Shown here: positions 28,905-38,221 of the stretch, piece after piece
How positions within the stretch are numbered: position 1 is the first letter of the stretch
Layout: every line of letters begins with the position of its first letter
NCBI GenBank assembly: GCA_963805625.1
Contig: CAWDVE010000013.1
Location: 160,001-224,000, forward strand
DNA from: an uncultured Candidatus Rokubacteria bacterium
GTDB taxonomy: Bacteria; Methylomirabilota; Methylomirabilia; Rokubacteriales; DASRDR01
DNA: 64,000 nucleotides
Direction of reading: 5' to 3'
Program-made: the position numbers and the translations under genes
The notes under the pieces: generated by a model
What the model was told of the DNA's origin: nothing
What the model saw: only the letters and a program-made list of their open reading frames with translations
Database searches by the model: none

Positions 28905-30434
28905 TCACTCGGCTGCGAACAGATCCGGCGCCATCGGTCGAAGGTCCGGGCTCACGCGAACCGGAAACTCGACGTGGGCGAGCACGTCCTTCCGGACGTC
29001 GAGACCCGGCGCCACCTCGACGAGCACCATCCCGTCGCGCTCCCGGCGGAAGACCGCCCGCTCCGTCACGTAGAGCGCCTCCTGCCCCTTCTTGACGGCC
29101 GCCTCCCCGTTGAACGTGATGAGCTCGACGTCCGCAACGAACCGGCGGATCTGACCTTCCCGCTCGATCCGGAGGCCAGCCGGGCCGACCGACGTGCGCA
29201 GGCCCTTGGCGGTCAGCGTCCCGCAGAACACGATCTTTCGCGCCGCGTGGACGATGTTGATGAACCCGCCGGAGCCCGGCATCATGCCGCCGAACCGAGC
29301 GACGTTCACGTTCCCGAACCGGTCGACCTCGCCGAACGACAGGCAAGCCACGTGGATGCCGCCGCCGTCGTACCAGTCGAAGACCTGCAGGGAATCGATG
29401 ATCGCCTCGGGACCCACCGCCACGCCGCCGACCGCGGGCAGCCCGCCGATCGGACCTTGCTCGATGGTGAAGGTGATCTGCTGGGCGACGCCTCGCAGGG
29501 CGGCCACGTGCGGCACCACGTACATCGGGATGCCCGCCCCCAGATTCACGACGTTGCCGGGCCGGAACTCCTGCACGGCTCGACGGGCGATGACCACCTT
29601 CTCGTCGAGCGGCAGTCGAGCCGGGCGGACCGGCGCGCGTATCTCGCCGCTCATCGTCGGGTCGTGCTCGTCCTCGTACTCCTCGGAGGCCACCACGACG
29701 TAGTCCACGAGGGGGGCCGGGATGACCACGGCGCGGGGGTGCAGCGAGCCGGTCGCCGCGGTTCGCGTCACTTCGGCGATGACCGTGCCCCCGGAGTTCC
29801 TGGCGGCCATCGCCAGGTAGAGCACGCCCAGCGTGAACGGGTTGCGCTCGAGGGACACGTTCCCCTGCTCATCGGCCGTGGTGCCCTTGACCAGGGCCAC
29901 GTGGACCGGCTCACGGGGATAGAAGAGGGACTCCTCACCGCCCAGCGTTACCACCTGGGCCAGCGGCTCCCGAGTCCTGGGGTTCAGCCGCCCGCCCTCG
30001 CGACGGGGATCGACAAAAGTGTCGATGCCGACGGGCGTCACCAGGCCAGGGCTCCCCGCCGCAATCGCGCGCATCCACGCAAAAATGGTCCCCATCGGCA
30101 GGTTGTACGCTTCGACCTCGTTCCTCGTGACGAGGACATTGAGCTCCTTATCGGCATCCCGGCTGTACGAACCCCCGATCACACGCCGCATCATTCCGGG
30201 CCGGGCCAGACGGTTGACGCCGGTGCCCTTGCCCCCACTGCCGGCCCGGGCGCGCTCTGACATGATGGGGTAGATGACCTGGAGTCCTCGCGGGTGTCCC
30301 TCGGCGACGAACCGTGATTCGAGCGCCGCCAGGATCGACTCTGCCTCGAGGCGATAGGTGTTCCCCGAGAGGACGACCGTCGCCTCATCGTGGATCCGCG
30401 CGGCCGCCTCTGCCGCGCTGACGAAAGAGGCCAT
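28905..30434 (-). CDS. Second acyl-CoA:acetate CoA-transferase (YdiF/Pct-type)
   Basis: GIDTFVDPRREGGRLN, KGTTADEQGN, VNLGAG, TIEQG, GNVNV, YVTERAVF. Confidence 0.9.
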   Translation of the reverse strand: MASFVSAAEAAARIHDEATVVLSGNTYRLEAESILAALESRFVAEGHPRGLQVIYPIMSERARAGSGGKGTGVNRLARPGMMRRVIGGSYSRDADKELNVLVTRNEVEAYNLPMGTIFAWMRAIAAGSPGLVTPVGIDTFVDPRREGGRLNPRTREPLAQVVTLGGEESLFYPREPVHVALVKGTTADEQGNVSLERNPFTLGVLYLAMAARNSGGTVIAEVTRTAATGSLHPRAVVIPAPLVDYVVVASEEYEDEHDPTMSGEIRAPVRPARLPLDEKVVIARRAVQEFRPGNVVNLGAGIPMYVVPHVAALRGVAQQITFTIEQGPIGGLPAVGGVAVGPEAIIDSLQVFDWYDGGGIHVACLSFGEVDRFGNVNVARFGGMMPGSGGFINIVHAARKIVFCGTLTAKGLRTSVGPAGLRIEREGQIRRFVADVELITFNGEAAVKKGQEALYVTERAVFRRERDGMVLVEVAPGLDVRKDVLAHVEFPVRVSPDLRPMAPDLFAAE

Positions 30435-30449
30435 GATCCGTGCCCCCCC

Positions 30450-31214
30450 CTAGCCTTGTCTCTCGGGGGCCTTGCGGCTCCGGAAGGCGCGGATGCGTGC
30501 CTCGCGGTCCGGGAACGAATAGCAGAGCGAGATCAGCTCTCGCTCGAAGTCCACACCCACCTCGGGGCTCGTCCGATCAGCCATGCGCAGCGCGGCCTTG
30601 AGAAAGACGAGGGCCTCGAGGCGGTTCCGGGCAATCAGCGCCGCGATCCGCTCGGTCTCGGCTTCCAGGCTCGCATCAGGCACAAGGAAGTCGACGAGGC
30701 CCATCGCCTTGGCTTGCGTCGCGTCGATGCGCTCGCCCGTGTACAGGAGGTACGCGGCCATGCCACGGCCGACCAAACGCGGGAGGTACTGGGTTCCACC
30801 CGCGCCGGGGATCCATCCGAGGGTCACCTCGGGTAACCCAAACTGCGCCGTCTCGGAGGCGATGCGGAGATCGCAGGCGAGGGCCAGCTCCAGCCCTCCC
30901 CCCAGGGCGTATCCTCGGACCATCGCGACAACAGGCTTCGAGCAGCGCCGGAGGAGATGGGGCGCCTCCATCTCGACGCTGTCCCGCTTTTCCACGGGAG
31001 TCCGTCCTGTCGTCTCGTAGATGTCGCTGCCCGCGGAAAAGGCCCGGACCCCGGCGCCGCGCACGACGGCGACCCGGACCTCGGGATCGTGGTTGATCGT
31101 TTCCACATGGCGAGCCAGCAACTGCCGCATGCCGTCCGTCATGGCATTCAGTTTCTCGGGGCGATTGAGGGTCAGCGTCGCCACCCCGTCCCTTGCGTCG
31201 TAGACCAAGTCCAT
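30450..31214 (-). CDS. Enoyl-CoA hydratase/isomerase (crotonase) family
   Basis: LNRPEKLNA, AFSAGSD, GYALGGGLELALACD, GLPEVTLG...GGTQ. Confidence 0.95.
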   Translation of the reverse strand: MDLVYDARDGVATLTLNRPEKLNAMTDGMRQLLARHVETINHDPEVRVAVVRGAGVRAFSAGSDIYETTGRTPVEKRDSVEMEAPHLLRRCSKPVVAMVRGYALGGGLELALACDLRIASETAQFGLPEVTLGWIPGAGGTQYLPRLVGRGMAAYLLYTGERIDATQAKAMGLVDFLVPDASLEAETERIAALIARNRLEALVFLKAALRMADRTSPEVGVDFERELISLCYSFPDREARIRAFRSRKAPERQG

Positions 31215-31254
31215 CTGGTGTCGGCTCCTCTGATCACCTGGCGCGCCCGCGGGA

Positions 31255-32049
31255 TCACCCCGCGATCGAAGCGCCTCCATCAACGACGAGGTTCTGTCCG
31301 GTCACGAACTCCGACTCCGGCGAGGCGAGGAAGACCGCGCATCCGGCCACATCCTCGGGCGTCCCCAGACGGTGGTAGGGGGTCCGGCGGCGCATCTCCT
31401 CGAGCTTTCCGGCCGCGGCCACCTCGCGAGTGGCATCGGTCACGATGAATCCGGGGCAAATCGCATTGACGGCAACCCCATGCGGCCCCGCCTCGACCGC
31501 GAGCTGGCGGGTGAGGCTCGACACCCCGCCCTTGGCGGCGCAGTAGTCGGCGCGCCCGGGTGCCACTCCCTGGATGGCCAGCCTCGATGAGATATTGATG
31601 ATCCGGCCCCCCTGGCCTTGCTGGATCAGCTGCCGCAGCGCCGCCTGGCATCCGAACCAGACCCCGGTCAGGTCGACCGAGATCACCCGGAGCCACTCCG
31701 CCTCCGTCTTCTCGACGGCCGGGCTCAACGTGGACTGAATGCCCGCATTGTTGACCATGACGTGAAGGGCCCCAAACTCCGCGACGGCGCGTCCCACGAG
31801 GGCATCCACATCCGCCCGCCGCGTCACATCCGTCGCCACGAAGGCCGCGCGCCCACCCTCGGTTCGGATGGCTTCCGCGGTCGGAGCCGCTCCGTCAGCC
31901 GGGTGCTCCCGGACGTCACCGATCGCCACGGCCGCGCCTTCACGGGAAAACGCGAGCGCGATGGCCCGTCCCAGGCCCGAGGTCCCGCCGGTCACGACGG
32001 CGACCCGCCCAGCCAGCCGCCCCTCGCGTGAGGCGCCGGATGGCATCAT
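31255..32049 (-). CDS. SDR family oxidoreductase
   Basis: TGGTSGLG, NNAG, YCAAK, VNAICPG. Confidence 0.93.
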   Translation of the reverse strand: MMPSGASREGRLAGRVAVVTGGTSGLGRAIALAFSREGAAVAIGDVREHPADGAAPTAEAIRTEGGRAAFVATDVTRRADVDALVGRAVAEFGALHVMVNNAGIQSTLSPAVEKTEAEWLRVISVDLTGVWFGCQAALRQLIQQGQGGRIINISSRLAIQGVAPGRADYCAAKGGVSSLTRQLAVEAGPHGVAVNAICPGFIVTDATREVAAAGKLEEMRRRTPYHRLGTPEDVAGCAVFLASPESEFVTGQNLVVDGGASIAG

Positions 32050-32056
32050 CGAGTCC

Positions 32057-32998
32057 CTACAGCAGATCCGCGTGGATCAGCGCCCGTCGGATGAGAACTC
32101 GCTCGTCGTCCGATGCCGGAGGGAGCGGGGCTCGGACCACCGCGTTCTTCAGCACCCCCTGGAAGACCAGCGCCTCCTTCATCCGCACCCGGTAGTTCCG
32201 GAGAGGCGGCGCGTAGATCGCCTGGCACAGCGGGTCGAGGCGGTCTCGCAACGCAGCGCCCGCGACCAGGTCTCCCCGGCGCACGGCGTCCAGCATCGCG
32301 ATCTGCGGGGCGGTCGCCGTCGCCCCCATTCCGAGGAGTGCACCGTCGGCCCCGAGAAGATAGGACTCGTAGATGAAGGTGTCGTTTCCGGTCAGGATGG
32401 CGAGCGGCCGCGGGAATGTCCGGTTCACCCGCACGATCTGCAGGAAGCGCGTGGCGTCGAAGCTTGCTTCCTTGAGCCCGACCACGCCCTCGAGCCCGGC
32501 AAGGAGGCGCAGCGTCTCTGCCGGGTAGACGACCCCCCCGAACTGAGCGGGCCGATGGAAGAGGATCACCGGGAGCCCGCTCGCCTCGACGATCGCCCGA
32601 TGATAGTCGACGGCCGCTCGGGCCGGCAGCCCTTCTCCGCCGAATGCCCGCGGCGGGAAGATCAGGAGACCGGCCGCCCCCGCTCGGCTGGCGCTCCGCG
32701 CCTGGGCCACCGCGTCCTCCGTGAACTCGCTAATGATCCCGGCGACGACGGGCAGCCTGCTACCGACCCTCCGCACGACCCGCTCGAGCACCTGGGCGCG
32801 CTCCTCCGGGTAGAGAAGCTCACCCTCCCCCGCGCTCGAGTTCACGACGATCGCCTTCGGGCCGTCCTCGGCAATCCAGCGGACGTAGGTGTCCATCGTG
32901 TCCAGGTCGATCGCCCCATCGTCCCGCATCGGCAGCACGGGCGCCGCGATGTAGCCCATGACGTCGAGCGTGCGTACGGTCCCCATCGCGTCATTCAT
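32057..32998 (-). CDS. DapA/NAL-family class I aldolase/dehydratase
   Basis: DGAIDL, SSAGE, LPVVAG, GLKEAS (Schiff-base Lys), TGND, GADGAL. Confidence 0.88.
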   Translation of the reverse strand: MNDAMGTVRTLDVMGYIAAPVLPMRDDGAIDLDTMDTYVRWIAEDGPKAIVVNSSAGEGELLYPEERAQVLERVVRRVGSRLPVVAGIISEFTEDAVAQARSASRAGAAGLLIFPPRAFGGEGLPARAAVDYHRAIVEASGLPVILFHRPAQFGGVVYPAETLRLLAGLEGVVGLKEASFDATRFLQIVRVNRTFPRPLAILTGNDTFIYESYLLGADGALLGMGATATAPQIAMLDAVRRGDLVAGAALRDRLDPLCQAIYAPPLRNYRVRMKEALVFQGVLKNAVVRAPLPPASDDERVLIRRALIHADLL

Positions 32999-33828
32999 CC
33001 TTTCACTGCGCCGGCGGCCAGGCCGGTCGCCAGGTAGCGCTGCACCGCGAGCCCGAGGATCGCCGTCGGCAGGAGCACGAGCATCCCCGCGGCAGCGACG
33101 CGATCCCAGTACACCGCGCGCTCCGTGATGAACCCGGAGATCATGACGGGCAGCGTGCGCGCGCCGCGTCCCGTCAGGATCACCGCGTAGATGAAGTCGT
33201 TCCACGAGTAGAGGAACGTGAGGACCGCGGTCGCCGCGATTCCCGGCGCCATGATGGGAATCACCACGCGCCACAGGGCCTGGAGCCGTCCGCAGCCGTC
33301 CACCTGGGCCGCTTCCTCCAGCTCCACGGGCACCCGCAGCACGAAGCCCCTCAAGAGCCACACGCTGAGCGGCAGCGTCAGAGAAATGTGGGTGACGATG
33401 AGACCGAGCTGGGTGTCAAGGAGCCCGAGCCGGGAGTAGATCACGAAGAGGGGGATGATCATCGCGATCGGCGGCATGACGTGGACGCACAGCACCGCGA
33501 GGGACAGCGACTCCCGCCCGTGATACCGAAACCGCACGAAGCTGTACGCAGCCGGCAAGCCCAGCGTGATGGCCCCGGCGCTGCTGCACACGGCCACCAC
33601 CAGGCTGTTCCTGAGATATCGCGCGAACGGATGGAGCGTCAGCACCTCGCGGTACCCGGACAGGGACGGCGTGAACAGCCAGGCGGGCGGGAGCTCAATC
33701 AGCAGCGTCTCCGGCAGGATCGAGAGCCGAACCAGCCAGAGGATCGGGAAGGCCACGTAGCCGACGAGCAGGACGCTCCCGGCCACCATGGCCGCCCGGC
33801 GAAGTCTCTGCCAACCCGGTCCAACCAA
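32995..33828 (-). CDS. Carbohydrate ABC transporter permease (MalG-like)
   Basis: NSLVVA, PVELEEAAQVDG (EAA loop), SWNDF. Start approximate. Confidence 0.9.
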   Translation of the reverse strand: MVGPGWQRLRRAAMVAGSVLLVGYVAFPILWLVRLSILPETLLIELPPAWLFTPSLSGYREVLTLHPFARYLRNSLVVAVCSSAGAITLGLPAAYSFVRFRYHGRESLSLAVLCVHVMPPIAMIIPLFVIYSRLGLLDTQLGLIVTHISLTLPLSVWLLRGFVLRVPVELEEAAQVDGCGRLQALWRVVIPIMAPGIAATAVLTFLYSWNDFIYAVILTGRGARTLPVMISGFITERAVYWDRVAAAGMLVLLPTAILGLAVQRYLATGLAAGAVKG

Positions 33829-33830
33829 GG

Positions 33831-34817
33831 CTAGTCTCCCCGCACACCGCTCGACGTGCGGTAGTAGACGACGGCGACCGTCGCCATGGTCAGCACCATC
33901 CCGACGGCGACCGCCGCCGAGTACCCCATCTGTCCGTAACTGAACGCAAGCTTGTTCACGAGGATGCTGAGTGTCTCGGTGGACTCCGCCGGCCCTCCGC
34001 CCGTCATGACGAAGACGATGTCGAACACCCGAAACGTCGCCACGAATCGCCAGAAGATCGCCACGAACACGACGGGCGCCAGCAGCGGGAGCGTAACGTG
34101 GAGGAAGCGGAGCGCCGCCCCGGCCCCGTCGACCCGCGCCGCCTCGTAGTACTCCTCGGGAATCGACTGCAGACCGGCAAGAAGCAGCAGCGTCACGAAG
34201 GGCGTCTGGTTCCACACGTCCGTGACGATCACCGCGATCATCGCCCACGGGGTCGCCGCCAGCCAGACCACGGGGTCCACCCCGACCCGACCGAGCGCGT
34301 AGTTGACGATGCCGTAGGAATAGTTGAACAGGATCCGGAAGGTGATCCCCAACACCACCGGCGTCAGCATGAGCGGGAACAGAGCAATCGCGCGGAGAAG
34401 GCGTCGTCCCGGTAACCGCTGGTTCAGAAACAGGGCGATCGCCATGCCCAGGGTCAGCTCCAGGGTCACCGCACCCATCACGAACACGCTGGTCTGGGTC
34501 AGGGCATTCCACACGAGCGGGTCTTGGACCGCCGCCACGTAATTCGCGACGCCGACGAACCTGCCCCCCGTCGAGAACTCGAAGAGCTGCATCTGACGGG
34601 TACTCAGATAGAGCGAGTACAGCACCGGGTACAAGAACACCGTGACGAGAAACAGGAACGTGGGCGCGATCAGCATGTACGGATACAGGCGGACTATCCG
34701 GATCCGCCGGCCGGCGATCGCTTGAGTTGGCGGCATTCGGCCGCCCCCGGCGGCCGGCCTGGATGCCGTACCAGCCGGCGCCTGGGCGTTGCCCGTGAGC
34801 ACTCCAGCCGCGCTCAT
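33831..34817 (-). CDS. Carbohydrate ABC transporter permease (MalF-like)
   Basis: FVGVANY, DVWNQTPF, LAGLQSIPEEYYEAARVDGA, MTGGGP. Confidence 0.93.
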   Translation of the reverse strand: MSAAGVLTGNAQAPAGTASRPAAGGGRMPPTQAIAGRRIRIVRLYPYMLIAPTFLFLVTVFLYPVLYSLYLSTRQMQLFEFSTGGRFVGVANYVAAVQDPLVWNALTQTSVFVMGAVTLELTLGMAIALFLNQRLPGRRLLRAIALFPLMLTPVVLGITFRILFNYSYGIVNYALGRVGVDPVVWLAATPWAMIAVIVTDVWNQTPFVTLLLLAGLQSIPEEYYEAARVDGAGAALRFLHVTLPLLAPVVFVAIFWRFVATFRVFDIVFVMTGGGPAESTETLSILVNKLAFSYGQMGYSAAVAVGMVLTMATVAVVYYRTSSGVRGD

Positions 34818-34824
34818 GGCTGGC

Positions 34825-35604
34825 TCAGTTGATCGACATGCCCCCGTTCACGTTCAGCGTCACGCCCGTGATCTCGCGCGCGTCGTCCGATGCCAGGAAC
34901 GCGATGGCTGCCGCGATGTCCTCGGGCTGCTGGAGCCGCTTGAAGGGCGCGCCCTGTATCTGCTGCTCGATACGCTGCTCCTTGCTGATTCCGAAGTGCT
35001 TCATGTATCCACGCCCGATGTCCTCTGCCATGAGGGTGGGCACGAAACCGGGGCAGACTGCGTTGACGTTGATGTTGTAGGGCGCCAGCGCGATCGCGGC
35101 AGACTGGGTGAGGCTGATGACACCCATCTTGGCCGCGCCGTAAGTCATGCAGTTCGGGACCGGCACGCGGGCCGCGGTCGAGGATAGGTTGACGATCTTT
35201 CCGCTGCGCCGGGCCATCATGACGCGGGCCGCCGCCTGCAACCCGAAGAACACGGCCTTCAGGTTGATCCCCAGGATTCGGTCGTAGTCCGCCTCTGTGA
35301 TCTCGAGGAGCGGCGCGATGTGCTGGACGCCCGCATTGTTGACCATGACATCGAGCTGGCCGAGCTCCGCCACGACGCGCTCGACCATCGCGCCAACCTG
35401 CGCAACGCTGGTCACGTCAACCGTCATCTCCGCGACGCGCCGGCCGGTCTTGTTCCGCACGGCGACGGCCGCCTCCCGCATCAGCGTCGGATTGATGTCC
35501 GCCAGCGCGACGTCACTGCCTTCCTCCGCCAGGCGGAGGGCCGTGGCTCGCCCGATGCCACCACCGGCGCCCGTGATCAAAGACACCTTGCCCTCGAGAC
35601 GCAT
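34825..35604 (-). CDS. SDR family oxidoreductase (acetoin/sorbitol dehydrogenase-like)
   Basis: TGAGGGIG, NNAG, YGAAK, VNAVCPG. Confidence 0.92.
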   Translation of the reverse strand: MRLEGKVSLITGAGGGIGRATALRLAEEGSDVALADINPTLMREAAVAVRNKTGRRVAEMTVDVTSVAQVGAMVERVVAELGQLDVMVNNAGVQHIAPLLEITEADYDRILGINLKAVFFGLQAAARVMMARRSGKIVNLSSTAARVPVPNCMTYGAAKMGVISLTQSAAIALAPYNINVNAVCPGFVPTLMAEDIGRGYMKHFGISKEQRIEQQIQGAPFKRLQQPEDIAAAIAFLASDDAREITGVTLNVNGGMSIN

Positions 35605-35631
35605 GCACCACTCCTTCCGTTGGGGTCAGAT

Positions 35632-35689
35632 GGGAGCCCGGTCGATCCGCCGCTGACAGCCGGACCGGCTCGGGCTCCCGGAGACCGAA
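35632..35689 (-). terminator. Intergenic stem-loop after the sugar SBP gene
   Basis: GGGAGCCCG...CGGGCTCCC 9-bp inverted repeat with no U-tract. Probably an mRNA-stabilising hairpin. Confidence 0.4.
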
Positions 35690-35695
35690 CCACGC

Positions 35696-36994
35696 CTACT
35701 TCAGATATCCGCCTTCCTTCAGGATCCGGGTCCACTCTGCCGCGCAGTCGTTCATCGCCGCCTCGGGGCTCTTCTTCAGGTTCGCGGCGAGGTTCACCTC
35801 TCGCGCCCAGACCTGTCGGAGCTGCTCCGTGTGGGGCATCCGCGGGAACAGCGTGGCGAACGTCATCGTCTCCGCCATCAGCGGGAAGTCCTTCCGGATC
35901 TTGAGGACCTCGGGGTCGCTGTATACCGCCTTCTGGACCGGGTCTCCCCCGTTTACCGCCCAGATGGCGGCGCCTTCCTTCGAGGCGAGGAAGCTCAGGA
36001 ACGTCTTGGCCGCGTCCTTGCGGGTCGAGCTGACGGGCACGATCCAGCTCTCGGCGCTCATGAAGGCGCCACGCTTGACCGTGTTCCCCTCGCGGCGACC
36101 CGGGACGACCGTCGCGGCGATGTCCTTGCAGATCTTCGGGCTCTTGTCACAGGACGTGAGCAGATCGAACGCGGCCGACCACTGGACGGCCATCGCCGCC
36201 CGCTCCGCCTGGAGGTACTGGTTCTTCTCGAGATAGCCGATCGCGTCCGAGTCCGGCGGCGCCAGCTTTTCGGTGCGAAGAATGTCCACGAAGTACTTGA
36301 GGGCGGCGATGCCCTGCGGGCTGTTCATGACTGGACGGTTGTTCGCGTCCAGCCACGTGCCCCCGAAGCCAAGGAAAAACGTGGCGAACTCGATCCCGCC
36401 GCTGATCCCGGGCACGCCAGTGCGAAGGACGGTGCCGTAGCGCTCCACCTTGCCGGCGGCATCCACCTTCTGCAGCTTTCTGAGCGCCGCGAGATACTCG
36501 TCCCAGGTCTGGGGCACTTCCACGCCGGCTGCCTTCAGGAGGCTCGGCCGGTACCACAGGTAGACGGGGTGATACTCCGTTGGCAGCCCCCATAACCGTC
36601 CCTCGAACGTGCTCGTCTCGAGCCCTTTGAGGTCCGCCAGCTGCTCCTTCGTGAGCATGGTGTCGACTGGGGCCATGGCGCCCGCCTTGGCAAACTCGGG
36701 GACCCACTCGCCGGGGAGCCACACCACGTCCCACGCGGGAGCCTTCGACAGAAGTGTCGTGCTCACCTTGGACCGATAGGCGTCCCGCGCGATCTCGTCG
36801 ATCTCGACCTTCAGGCCCGTCTTCTGCGCGATGATGGGGGCGGCCCGCTTCAGGTTCTCGGCTTCCGGGCTCGTCCAGACGGCGATGACAACCTCCTTGT
36901 CCGCCGCCACGGAGGCGCCCGGCAGGAGGCAGGCAGTCACGAGCGCGACGAGGAAGAAGACGCCGAGGGCCCGGCTCGACATGCGACGCTGCAT
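35696..36994 (-). CDS. Carbohydrate ABC transporter substrate-binding protein
   Basis: Signal peptide, then WDVVW, GRLWGLP, VPQTWDE, MNSPQGIAAL, AAMAVQW (SBP family 1). Confidence 0.9.
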   Translation of the reverse strand: MQRRMSSRALGVFFLVALVTACLLPGASVAADKEVVIAVWTSPEAENLKRAAPIIAQKTGLKVEIDEIARDAYRSKVSTTLLSKAPAWDVVWLPGEWVPEFAKAGAMAPVDTMLTKEQLADLKGLETSTFEGRLWGLPTEYHPVYLWYRPSLLKAAGVEVPQTWDEYLAALRKLQKVDAAGKVERYGTVLRTGVPGISGGIEFATFFLGFGGTWLDANNRPVMNSPQGIAALKYFVDILRTEKLAPPDSDAIGYLEKNQYLQAERAAMAVQWSAAFDLLTSCDKSPKICKDIAATVVPGRREGNTVKRGAFMSAESWIVPVSSTRKDAAKTFLSFLASKEGAAIWAVNGGDPVQKAVYSDPEVLKIRKDFPLMAETMTFATLFPRMPHTEQLRQVWAREVNLAANLKKSPEAAMNDCAAEWTRILKEGGYLK

Positions 36995-37082
36995 ATTCGC
37001 TCCTTTCGGCTGAATCGGGAGTGTGTCAGGTGCCCGGTGACGGTGGATCAGGGAACGACGCGATGTCCTCCGTGCACGACGG

Positions 37083-37946
37083 CTACACGGAACCCAGAAT
37101 CTTGACCGCTCCAGCGTGGCAGCGCCGCGCGACCTCCAGGGGGTTCTCGCGCCACAACCCCTGGCTCAGGACCTCGACGACGAAGTACCCGGCGTAGCCC
37201 TTGTTCAGCACCCGCGCGACGATCTCTCCGAGCGGACCGGCCCCTTCCCCGGGAGGTAGCCGTCCGTCGTCCAGTGCCTGCTCGCGCGGCCCGGGTGGCA
37301 CGTCCGCCAGGTGGACCAGATAGAGGCGCTCGCCCGGGATCTCGTCGAGCATCTCGAGCGTCGAGCCGCCGCGGTGGAAGTGGAAGGTATCGAGCAGGAG
37401 ACCACCGTTGTGGCAGTCGGCCCGACGCACGACCTCCCAAGCTTGGGCTAGCGTGTGGAACCGCGGGGCGAACCCGAGGACCTCGAGAGCGACCCGCACC
37501 TCGTGGCGCGCAGCCATCTCGCAGATGCGCCGAAAGTCCCGTACCGCCTCGTCGACGGTGCCCTCGTCCTCGTAGGCCGAAATGGCCGCGACCGTGTCGC
37601 CACCCAGGGCTCGGGTCCAGCCGAGCAGGCGATCCGCCCGCGCAAGCAGCTCGTCGTCCGAGACACCCTCGGGCCGCTTGAAGGTGTTGAGGAGCGGCAC
37701 GCCCCCAGTGAACTGCCATTGCATCAGGGAGCCGGTCTCCGAGATGGTGAGCCCGTGTCTCTCGTTGAGCCGCCGGACGTCGGCGATGGTCCGGTCACCC
37801 GCCACGTACTCCTCGACCTCGACTCCCCGCAGCGCCCATGCGCCGAAGCCGGCGCGGGCCGCCAGCTCGGCCTTCTCCTCGAAGCGACCGACCGGCCTGA
37901 GCGTCCCCGCGTGAAGGCTGAGGCGCTTCGGGTCAACGTTCCTCAT
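37083..37946 (-). CDS. Sugar phosphate isomerase/epimerase (xylose-isomerase-like TIM barrel, IolI-like)
   Basis: ALE, LLLDTFHFHRGG, VHLAD, RLPPGEG, VEVLS metal-binding motifs. Confidence 0.88.
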   Translation of the reverse strand: MRNVDPKRLSLHAGTLRPVGRFEEKAELAARAGFGAWALRGVEVEEYVAGDRTIADVRRLNERHGLTISETGSLMQWQFTGGVPLLNTFKRPEGVSDDELLARADRLLGWTRALGGDTVAAISAYEDEGTVDEAVRDFRRICEMAARHEVRVALEVLGFAPRFHTLAQAWEVVRRADCHNGGLLLDTFHFHRGGSTLEMLDEIPGERLYLVHLADVPPGPREQALDDGRLPPGEGAGPLGEIVARVLNKGYAGYFVVEVLSQGLWRENPLEVARRCHAGAVKILGSV

Positions 37947-38036
37947 GGTCTCTTCATAATCCGGTCGCGCTCCCTCGCCATCCGGAGTCGCGACCTCGAA
38001 CTCCTTCTGATCCGATGCGGAACCTCTGCGTTTGCG

Positions 38037-38214
38037 ATCTGATATACCAGATTGAGATGGCAAACTGATATCCCAGTCTCAAGGCCGTTGTCAAGCCGGT
38101 CGCGGATGGCCAGCAATCACGGAGCCAGTGCTCTCGTGCGAGACGGTCGGCGTACGATTCGGACCCCGAGGGAGGATGCGCGCTTTGACAGCCCGTTAGT
38201 CGCTGTGATATCAG
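38037..38214. promoter_or_regulatory. Divergent promoters with GntR-type operator palindromes
   Basis: Palindromes ATCTG-atatac-CAGAT (38037-38052), ACTG-atatcc-CAGT (38064-38077) and TGATATCA (38206-38213). TTGACA-N16-GATATCAG occurs on both strands. Confidence 0.7.
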
Positions 38215-38221
38215 AGCAGGC

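Noticed and set aside
28036-29346. Extension of the 785-aa ORF 26989..29346
   Set aside because: Arg/Gly-rich off-frame read through the permease and CoA-transferase. The SBP starts at 28035.
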